64,000 nt of DNA from Paraspadella gotoi (taxonomy: Eukaryota > Animalia > Chaetognatha): positions 26,380,972-26,444,971 of the forward strand of contig CM119264.1 of NCBI GenBank assembly GCA_051294375.1, written 5' to 3'. Positions 55,101 through 64,000 of this stretch are shown piece after piece (position 1 is the stretch's first letter; each line of letters opens with the position of its first letter). A model generated the notes under the pieces. That model did not search any database and was not told the DNA's origin. It was given only the letters and a program-made list of their open reading frames with translations. A program made the position numbers and the translations under genes.

Positions 55101-58017
55101 GACTATACTAAACTAAATTTTAGTAATGTACCGTCGTACAATTATCGAAAAAATAACATATGATTAGTGAAACTTTACAACAAAAAAAAAGAGATTTCGC
55201 CGGAAAACTCCACGTGACGCGGAAACATTTTCACTTTCTATTTCCAAAATTTACTACCTATTTTCATTCTTAAGAAACAATAAAGACAAAGGATCAAAAG
55301 TAATTTTTCCACTTATTTATAGAACATTTTTTATGGGAATTTATGTCTGTGAAAAAAATTAAAGAAGAAGACTAGAAGTATCAAGATACAAACCTAATAT
55401 AAAAAAAGAAATAAAGAAGAAAGATAACAGAAAGAAAAAAGAAAGAAAGAAAGAAAGAAAGAAAGAGAAGATAAGACAAGAAAGATAAAAAAGAAAGAAA
55501 GAAAGAAAAAACAATAACACACCTACCACCATAAAAAGAGATAAGTGCGCGAAATAAACCCGAATTTATTTCTTTTTTCTCACGCGGCGAAAAAAAACAC
55601 AAACTCCGCGACAAACTACCGAGGATCTTCAAAGGCGGAACAAGTCGTTCTGGGTTGCGTTCATCTATTATCGTCCATCGTCGCGTCCGGTGTCTGTTTT
55701 GTTGTAGCGGCGGATCTCAATAGCGGATTTCCGTGTTGTCCGCGCCCAAGACCCAAAAGGGGTCGTCATCCGATTCCCCATTATCACTAGTAGAAAATAC
55801 TCACCGTGAGAGAAGACTCATGACTCATTTATCGCTTTTAAGTTTGAACTTTAATTTCATAAAGTCAAGTCTGAGAATATATTTCACACATTTTGCCACG
55901 ACTTACAAGTTGTCATAACATGATTTCTTCTTTGATCTCTAATTATGTTGAAGATATCAAAGAGACTATACAGAGGCAGCATGAGGACAATCGTTAGATA
56001 ATTTAGACTGTATTAATTAGAGACAACATTATGAATGTTCAAGTCCTAGTTAATACGATTGTTCCCCAATTTATTTCAAGGCAATAAACAAGTGATTTAA
56101 ACTGACAAAAACTTGTTAAAACGGGACACAAAAGTGACAAGAATTCCGGGGTGACAAAGGACACCCGCCCTTGGGGCGTTGCTTTCAAACCGGGTCGCAG
56201 GTTTTTCTTCCCTTTAATTTCTCCCAGAACTTTTTGATGCCCCCGCTTATGATTGTTATTGTTTATGGTTATGACGAATCGGGAACCGGTCATTGTTTCT
56301 AGATGATTACAAAATCTCCCCAAAAGTATCGTCCCTTGTTATGTGGGCAAAAAATAATAAAAAAGCGAATAAGCAAACTGGCACTCCTATTTTCTGAAGG
56401 CGTCGCTCAGTTCTTCGACGCCTTGAATCCGTTCTTGAAGCATCTACTTGAGTTAATGAGTTGGCGATACTGTCGATAATTGCTTGATTTCTCCTTTAAA
56501 ATACTTACGATAAAATTGTCTTATCGAACTGATCGTCTGTATTTCGCCCTTCTACCGCACGACTGACACTAATCCTTAATTCTTATCGATCGATCAATTG
56601 CTTTCGCTCCTTCTTAGACTATAACTATTTACTCGACATCGTATAATCCTTAGATCCCTCATCTGCCAATCCCGTTCAACCAAAAGCTTATGTTTGAAAT
56701 CTCGAATTCACTTAACCTAGAATCTTATCCTTAATCCGCCGACTTACAATTTGAACAATTCTCACTAATCACAAATAATTTAACCGCCAAATTTAAACTG
56801 AAGTCACCGAGCCTCTTCAGAAAATTATGGCCAGGCAGCAACCATGAATTTAAACGCAGAGAAGAAAAAAAAAACCCCAACGCCATCGCTTTCGGATCAA
56901 CGCCGACCGCCAGCGGCGCACCGACAACAACGACGACCATACATCAGCCAGGCTGCCTGCACAACGAGCGACAGACACCAACCCCACACACAACCTGAGG
57001 TGTATGCCGCGCAACTCGCGGTATTCGAGTTACCGGAGCAGTGAGACGCCGAGATGGCGCCGTTGGGGTCGTTTAGCGCCCGACGACGTGGGAATCGGAA
57101 GGAAGATAGAAGAGAAGAGAAAGAGAGAAGAGAATGGACACACGACGAAGAGGACGAGCCCTTCTCTTAATAGCGGCCGATAGGGGCGCTGGGATTGCGC
57201 GTGCAGGGGGCAATTGAGATTTACGGGGTGGTATTGAGTGGAGTTGAAATGGGTTTCGCCGTGGCGTGGGCAGAAGGGGCGCGGTCTGGCAAACTCCTGG
57301 TAGAAAGAAGTGCTTTCTGGAATGAGGGAACTCGAGCGAACTGGGACTTTGGAGGATTTGGGATTGGCCTTTGCGGAGGTATGGCGGATTTGGGCGGTGG
57401 GCCGATTGAGCGCGCGGTACATGTTTTGAGAGGGTCGAGGGGCTCTTTGCAGGATGGCGTTGCGCGGTTTAGAAATTCTAGACGGCGAGNNNNNNNNNNN
57501 NNNNNNNNNNNNNNGGAAAACAAAATAAGTTAATTCAATAGTTATAGATAGTATGTTTCTTATAGAACAATCAACAAATTTACAACAAAAAAGAAAACGA
57601 AGAGACGATAGCGATGTCAATGACGACGACCTATAACAACGACGGACGAAGGACGATCGAAAATGACGCACGATGACGACGACGACAGCGACGACGTTAA
57701 ATCATCGCGGCTGATTCTTTACCGGGGTTCCGCCCAGTTGAGTACGACAGGCGACGTCAGGAAAAAAAACGCAAAAGACAATGAATGTCTCCCTCTCAAA
57801 TGATAAACGATAAGACTTTAATTCTTTTTTTGCCCCCAATTTTATTCGCTCTCGTCGTCCACCGACAAAAAGATCTCAGTTTTAAATTGTGAAAATTCAA
57901 TTTTGGCTTTGAATCTCGAAAATGTCGCAATCGAACAAATTAGTTAACAGCAACAAAACACATTCTTGATAACAAATAAATTGATTGAAGTCTCGAAGGA
58001 TTCTCTAAGCTCTTAGG

Positions 58018-58095
58018 ATGACTAAGTTGGAGCCTCACTACTTGTGTGCTGCTGGATTTTGTTTTGTTGCGCAAGGGCCTACAGTAAAATTATCG
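58018..58095 (+). CDS. Exon 1 (signal-peptide-like) of a small secreted Cys-rich protein
   Basis: ATG...atcg|gtaagt. The duplicate at 63537-63615 reads MTKLEPHCLLCCWIFVFLRKGYSKII and ends phase 1. Confidence 0.6.
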
Positions 58096-58331
58096 GTAAG
58101 TTTTACCAACTTTAGTAAATAATTTTTTGGCCATAAATTTACAAAGATAATTACAAGTAGTAATAAAAAAACACAATCTGTAACGTAACATACAAAAAAC
58201 TCAATTAAAAATTCATTATTATTTAATATATTAATTATTGTTATTCTGGGCATGTGGATGTTATCACAAGTTATATCTTTTTCCATTTTAGATATTTTAC
58301 ATACTTTTTAAATTCCTTTTTTTTTCAATAG

Positions 58332-58571
58332 TAAACGAAGTTGAGGGATGCTTGTAACTACGGACGACTTAATTTCATTGAGTCCACTCCTCTATCGCCG
58401 TGCTGCCCTCTTCTACCGGAATATAAGGGAGTCAGTCTCGACCACATCAAAACTTTTCTTGAACGCCTGCACTCCAAATCCAACCGCATGCTCAAACGGA
58501 CAAATCTCTTGCCCGATTAAGGAAGTCAGACCTGCTCGATGCATTGCATAAACGGCTCTCATCTTTCACAG
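58332..58571 (+). CDS. Exon 2 (VNEVEDACNYGRLNFIESTPLSPCCPLLPEYKGVSLDHIKTFLERLHSK...RLRKSDLLDALHKRLSSFT)
   Basis: Acceptor ttttcaatag|, donor cag|gtgatt, natural amino-acid composition; needs two 1-nt corrections. Confidence 0.6.
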
Positions 58572-58744
58572 GTGATTTGAAAAGCGATACTAAATGTCTA
58601 TCCTCAATCGTCAATAATACATTATCAATGAAGTGTTTTCATTTATTTTTTTCTGAAAAAATCCATGGCTTTTACCGAAACACAAAATTATGATCCTTCT
58701 GTTCGTTTTGTTTTTTTCTTCTATATTTGCGACCATCATTTGAG

Positions 58745-58908
58745 AACCGGATTCGGCGGCGCGTTTGTGCCGGAAAGATGAAAGATAACAGAGAACTAAC
58801 GAGAACGGGAAACTGTCGAAGGGATGAAGATTGCGAAAAACGTGAGGAAAAATGCTGTTTTCCTGGAGCTTTGCTCGCCAACAATATACATCTTGCGAAA
58901 TGTTTTGC
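58745..58908 (+). CDS. Exon 3 with WAP-like Cys motif (GNCRRDEDCEKREEKCCFPG...KCF)
   Basis: C-x2-D-x-D-C-x5-K-C-C resembles the WAP/four-disulfide-core C-terminal half. Acceptor is weak; donor gc|gtaaag (alternatively stop at 58910-58912). Confidence 0.6.
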
Positions 58909-59163
58909 GTAAAGCGTTAACATCGCTAAAGAATAAGATTTTTTGTCTACCTTTCAATCTAACCTCATTCCTTTTAATAAAAAAAAATCCAATTTTTTAA
59001 AGTTTCAATTTATTTTATTTTATAACAAGTTCTTTCGTTGCCAATGATATATAATATATATTTTTAAGTACTACTATAGAATGAAATAGTAAATTCTCTG
59101 TAAGTTCAGCAAATACATCTATCGGTATATCTTGACTTCTTGTACTTCTCACTGTTTTTCAAG

Positions 59164-59239
59164 CGAAAAGGGTTTTTATGATGGTCATTCCCAGCAACAA
59201 AAAAAACAAATATCATGGAAAACTAATGTGTATCCATGA
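59164..59239 (+). CDS. Possible terminal exon 4 (EKGFYDGHSQQQKKQISWKTNVYP*)
   Basis: Acceptor ctgtttttcaag|, phase 2 matching the exon 3 donor, open to TGA. Confidence 0.45.
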
Positions 59240-59351
59240 CAACCGTAACGACTTGCCATAGCGGAAGCTCTTTTAACACACTTCAATAACTTTTAAGCTA
59301 CAAATATATTCATAAATTCCAATTATTTTTTTAAGTTCCAAAACGGATGTA

Positions 59352-60461
59352 CATGGTGACAATTTTACAAGCGCCGGTAGAAATACGCTGTCATTTGCAA
59401 AACCAGTGGTTATTTCATTGATTTTAAATTTAGTTGAGTAGAAAATACTAAAACTATTTATGTGTTAAAATTTATATTGATCAGTTAAGATATTGCCTTG
59501 ACAATGAGTGGAGAAAGTTGGCTTGTAAAAATTGGGTTTTCATTTTCCAACTCACTTTTTTTTAGATTTCACTTTTTTTTTATTACTTTCAGTAAGTTTT
59601 CTAGAGAGAGAAATATGAAATAAAATAATTATTAATTTATATTTTTTTGAAAGCCCTTTCAAATCTAAAAATAATAACGTATTTTACAAATACTGTAGTA
59701 TAAAATTTAACTAGCCCAGCTTTAAGTTTAATTAGGATACTCAAAAACAAGACATCTTTTTAAAAAATCAATATCTGGAGAGTAAATTATGATATTTATC
59801 AAATTGTGATTGGCTATCTTAAATCCTTTTTTCTCAGGCTCTTTCATGATACTTATATAAATAATATTTTATGTATAATAATTTAACAGGTCATATATTT
59901 TGAAAAAAGATTTTAAAATTTTAAATAATTCACTTTTGACTATCTTTTATTGAACCCAAGGCTGGGCACTCACTTTTTATGTTAGAGCTTTCGTAAGTAT
60001 ATCATTCTCTTAGAGCTTGAGGGTGTTCGAATCCCACCGCTGCCACCACAACGAAGGAAGTTAGTGCGTGGTTTATTAAGAGAGAAATAGGAGGAGTTTT
60101 ATTGACATAAGAACAAGTTGGATGATGATAATTAACATACAAAATATTGAGATTATGCAGAGAAAAGGTAGGCAATAAACAATATAACAGAAATAGTCTA
60201 TAAGAGTTTGATGTTAGGTTCTTGAAGGTCAGTTGAAGAGTGATCTCGTTCCCTCTCTCGTTTCTCTGCGTCGGTTCTGTGGAAGCCTCCTCTCTGATTG
60301 GTCAATCAGGAAGGAAAGACAGAGAGCAAGCGAGATGGCAAGATACTATGATAATCAATTCTCTGCATTGATATTAACTAATTTTTTAAAATCAATGAAA
60401 TAACCACTGGTTTGCAAATGACAGCATATTTCTACCGGCGCTTTTTTAAATTGTCACCATG
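59352..60461. mobile_element. Non-autonomous TIR element (Tc1/mariner-type MITE), ~85-bp TIRs, TA flanks
   Basis: Left TA|catggtgacaattt...gcgccggtagaaata...gtcatttgcaaaaccagtggttatttcattgattttaaa is the reverse complement of the right end ...aaattgtcaccatg|TA. No transposase ORF. Confidence 0.88.
60025..60048 (-). other. tRNA-Leu 3'-end match including CCA; primer-binding-site-like on the minus strand
   Basis: gttcgaatcccaccgctgcca+cca matches the conserved 3' end of animal tRNA-Leu(AAG/TAG). Minus strand reads TGGTGGCAGCGGTGGGATTCGAAC. Confidence 0.75.
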
Positions 60462-60529
60462 TAATTTCTTTATGAGACAGATAATTGTTTTTTAAATAAG
60501 AATAGCACAAAAGAACGAGTTTAATCAAT

Positions 60530-60707
60530 TATGGTGGACTAAAATCCACCAACCGTTTCATCAGCGGCATTGGTTGCAGGAGGCAAGCATTCGCCTCCCA
60601 ACCCAAAGGTCCGGGTTTTCTTGCCGCGCTGGTCGCCCTTAAGCATTTAATGGGACGGGGCGCTTTAAACCCGCCTGTAACACGGTGTTACAGCCTGATC
60701 CAAAGCT
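60530..60707 (+). mobile_element. Family A copy, 3'-truncated
   Basis: tatggtggactaaaatccacc...ctgtaacacggtgttacagcctgatcc. Confidence 0.88.
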
Positions 60708-60855
60708 TTAGGCCAACATGCCTCAACTGGCGGTTGCACTTTCCGCCACACAACACATCAGGCAACATGCCTCAACTTGGTGATGAACTTTCCACCACAA
60801 CAACAATTTAACTGAAGAGACGCACATGACTTCTTCCCTACGGGAGGGGGGCATG

Positions 60856-61499
60856 TATGGTGGACTAGAAATCCACCAACGTACATCAGCGGCTATTGGT
60901 GGCCGGGAGCAAGTCATGTCACCTCCCCAGTCCAAAGGTCCGGGGTTCTGTAACCGCAGTGTTACAGCCTGATCCGAAGCTCAGGGACTGCTTATATTGA
61001 ACGGTTCTGTCACTAACATATAAACCACCAAAAAGCCTGTTCCGAAAGTCAGCTGAGCAAGATAAGCTTATTTTATTAAATGAATGGATAATTCTTATAT
61101 TGGTTGTAACCAAAATTTCCATAAAATTTCAGCTCCTTGTATTTTGATGCTAGAGTGCGGAGTACAATAAGTTATTGCCCCGATCTAATACTTAAGGGCA
61201 AGTGGTCTTTTCAATACAATGAAACATTCTTTTGAGAATATTCATACCAATTCATTGATTAGGGAAGCCAGGTACTCTGGGAGTGATATATAAACGAGAC
61301 TGTGAGAAATGTCTTGATTGAAAGCCTTGCAGGGACCTGCTATGTCATTATCTTGTAAAGAGTGATGGAGGCCTTAAACCACCAAGGCCTGTCCAAAGTA
61401 CAGGAGCAAGATAGCTTTATTTATTTATACATGAATGGATAATTTTTATATTGGTTGTAATCCAATTTATTATAACAATAATTAACTGGTACTCTTTCA
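60856..61499 (+). mobile_element. Family A copy (internal deletion) interrupted by two tandem family B segments (61021-61123, ~61194-61474)
   Basis: A sequence runs to cactaacata (61020), B sequence follows, then the A tail acaataattaactg...ctctttca resumes at 61475. Confidence 0.8.
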
Positions 61500-62376
61500 A
61501 GAATATATTTTTACTACGTCAGCGCAATTCGAATCAACGCCTAGGAGTTACAGTTAAGGGGTGAACTTAGGTAATATTTTGCTGATTAACTGAGCAATAG
61601 TGTTACCTGAAATTGCCTAGGTAAAGAAAGATTTTTATTAATAAGATAGGCAATTCTGAATCAAAACTATTTTGCTTATATTTTTCTTTTTAAGATAAAT
61701 AAAACAATATTTTCTTTTATTGTTTATGTTCGTTATCAAACTATATTTCAATTGTTTTACTATATTTAAGCTAAAAATACTTTTCCCAGATGGTATAAAT
61801 TTGAAGTTCAGCATTAAGTATGTAAACTACTTGGCTACTACTAGACCCAGAACCAATAACAATAGGATGCATACATTTAAAGAGATTTGCAATTGTAACT
61901 ATTCAGTTTTATTCCTGATATGATTGAAGCAAGAAACTTAAAAACCTGCGATCAAAGATATGTAAAAATTGTACACAAGATTCAAGTCGCCCCAAAAATT
62001 TTTTGTTCTTATTTAGAAGTAAGCTCATTAGGAATTCTTTGCAGAATATGATATGACTTACTCAATACCTCCCAGCTGATTAATATTAAAAAATTTGAAG
62101 CTCGATATTGGAAAGTAAATATCCGAGGATATGATTTTCAAATAAACAATCTCTCTCTTTATGGTAAAATGAGAAAGTGAGTATTAGTCGAACTCATGGA
62201 AAAACGTGATATGTTTTGCGGTAAAGGTTTCAAGGTAAGTTTAAAAAGATAAATATTCGTATTCAAGGAAAATAACTGTCGGAGAAACAAGCTAATGTTT
62301 GATTCACCTCCGTATTATATCTCTCTCTNNNNNNNNNNNNNNNNNNNNNNNNNNNNNNNNNNNNNATTAAATAACA

Positions 62377-62687
62377 TATGGTGGACTAAAATCCACCAAC
62401 CGTTCATCAGCGACAATTGGTGCCAGAGGCAAGTCATTCGCCTCCCAACCCAAAGGTCCGGGGTTCTTGCCCGGTGGTCGTCTGGCAGTTAAGAGGGACG
62501 TGGCGCTTAACCCGCCTGTAACACGGTGTTACAGCCTGACCCGAAACATTGAACGGTTCTGTCACTAACACATAACAATAATGACTGTCTCTTCACTATC
62601 TCTAGACAAATACTGATCCGAAGCTCAGGGACTGCTTATATTGAATGGTTCTGTCACTAATACATAACAATAATTACTGTCTCTTCA
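62377..62687 (+). mobile_element. Family A copy (same insertion as 51784-52105, in the duplicated block)
   Basis: Same flanks (aataaca / aacaaaagatttgg) and same 3' duplication. Confidence 0.9.
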
Positions 62688-63536
62688 AACAAAAGATTTG
62701 GTCGTGGACGGTGTTTAAGATATTGTAGATAGTTTGTAACTTTGTATGTATAAAGTTACGAGATCGAACGAGAAGAAGACGTAGATTACGTGAGACAACG
62801 AAAATGTGTTTCGCCTTTGAAAGTCTAATAAAGTAAACAAAGCAGTTTTACCGCCTTTGTTTTTTATATTAAGGTCACGATGTCACATGGACAATCTGAA
62901 TTAGGTCAAAATATAAATGCTTCTAAATCTTTGTGAAAAGAATTTATTATTTTTTTTAGCACTAAATTGTTTTGTACCGATTTTATTTCATTATCTAACA
63001 ATCGCTCGCACAACCCAGTTAGGAACTCTGAAAAAAACAGGAGGAGAGATTTATGTTTTCTTATATAGGAACAATCAACAAATTTACAACAAAAAAAACG
63101 AAGAGACGATAGCGATGTCAATGACGACACTATACAACAACGGACGAGGACGATACGAAAATGACGCACGATGACGACGACAGACAGCGACGACGTTAAA
63201 TCATCGCGCTGATTCTTTACCGGGGTTCCGCCCAGTTGAGTACGAGAGGCGACGTCAGGAAAAAAAAAAACGCAAAAGACAATGAATGTCTCCCTCTCAA
63301 ATGATAAACGATAAGACTTAATTCTTTTTTTGCCCCAATTTTATTCGCTCTCGTCGTCCACCCGACAAAAAGTCTCAGTTTTAATTTTGAAAATTCAATT
63401 TTGGCTTTGAATCTCGAAAATGTCGCAATCGAACAAATTAGTTAACAGCAACAAACATATTCTTGATAAAAATAAATTGAAGTTCTCTTAATAACTCAAC
63501 TACGTTGAAGTCTCGAAGGATTCTCTAGCTCTTAGG

Positions 63537-63615
63537 ATGACTAAGTTGGAGCCTCACTGCTTGTTGTGCTGCTGGATTTTTGTTTTTTTGCGCAAGGGCT
63601 ACAGTAAAATTATCG
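63537..63615 (+). CDS. Second copy of the signal-peptide exon (MTKLEPHCLLCCWIFVFLRKGYSKII)
   Basis: ATG, hydrophobic core, donor g|gtaaga, phase 1. Confidence 0.6.
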
Positions 63616-63714
63616 GTAAGATTTACGCAACTTTAGTAAAATAATTTTTGGCCATAAATTTACAAAGATAATTACAAGTAGTAATAAAAAAAACACATCT
63701 GTAATGTAACATAC

Positions 63715-63957
63715 TATGGTGGACTAAGAATCCACCACGGTTCATCAGCGGCCAATTGGTGCCGGAGGCAAGTCATTTGCCTCCCAACCCAAAGGTCAGG
63801 GGTTCTAGCGCGGTGGTAGCCTAGCAATTAAGAGGGACGGGGCGCTTAACCCGCCCTGTAAACATGGTGTTTACAGCCTGATCACGAAGCTCAGGAGACT
63901 GGCTTATATTGAACGGTTCTGTCACTAACACATAACAATAATAACTGTCTGCTTTCA
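63715..63957 (+). mobile_element. Family A full-length copy, 4-bp TSD ATAC
   Basis: atac|tatggtgg...ctttca|atac; empty site at 58190-58193 in the duplicate. Confidence 0.9.
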
Positions 63958-64000
63958 ATACAATCAAAACTCAAATTAAAAAATTCAATATTATTTTAAT

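Larger units (their letters stand above)
63050..64000 (+). repeat. Duplicate of 57550-58230
   Basis: Colinear match (caatcaacaaatttacaac...gccataaatttacaaagataattacaagtag). Confidence 0.92.

Noticed and set aside
60025-60048. tRNA-Leu gene
   Set aside because: Only the 3' 24 nt match and CCA is encoded; the D and anticodon arms are absent.
60530-61499. Fanzor/omega-RNA locus, suggested by CATA ends and dense RNA-like structure
   Set aside because: No RuvC/TnpB-like ORF is visible anywhere in the window; a 4-nt motif coincidence is insufficient.
61569-61610. Pre-miRNA-like hairpin aggtaatattttgct...agcaatagtgttacct
   Set aside because: The stem is only ~15-17 bp with G.U pairs and a bulge, and I recognise no known mature miRNA in it.
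62410-62481. Functional tRNA-Gly gene within family A
   Set aside because: The anticodon stem does not pair and the T-loop is degenerate (GGTTCTTGC); it is tRNA-derived at most.

Overview
Eukaryotic (probably invertebrate animal) draft-genome window, AT-rich and full of (AG/CT)n and (GAC/GTC)n microsatellites. It has seven N-gaps and long stretches of indel-rich, long-read-quality sequence. Nearly all ORFs in the supplied track are microsatellite or low-complexity artefacts. There is no prokaryotic operon, CRISPR array or intact transposase. Supported content: (1) spliced gene fragments, including a 4-exon small secreted Cys-rich protein gene with a WAP-like motif at 58.0-59.2 kb; (2) a ~240-bp repeat family 'A' (6 copies) with a tRNA-like core enclosed by hairpins and inverted repeats, 4-bp TSDs, and filled versus empty sites; (3) a repeat family 'B' (5 copies) with a fixed hairpin+CATA right end and variable left ends that usually also abut CATA; (4) a TA-flanked TIR element carrying a tRNA-Leu 3' end/PBS; (5) several minisatellites; (6) multi-kb duplications, partly assembly artefacts at 25-N gaps. 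All alignments and folds were read by eye.
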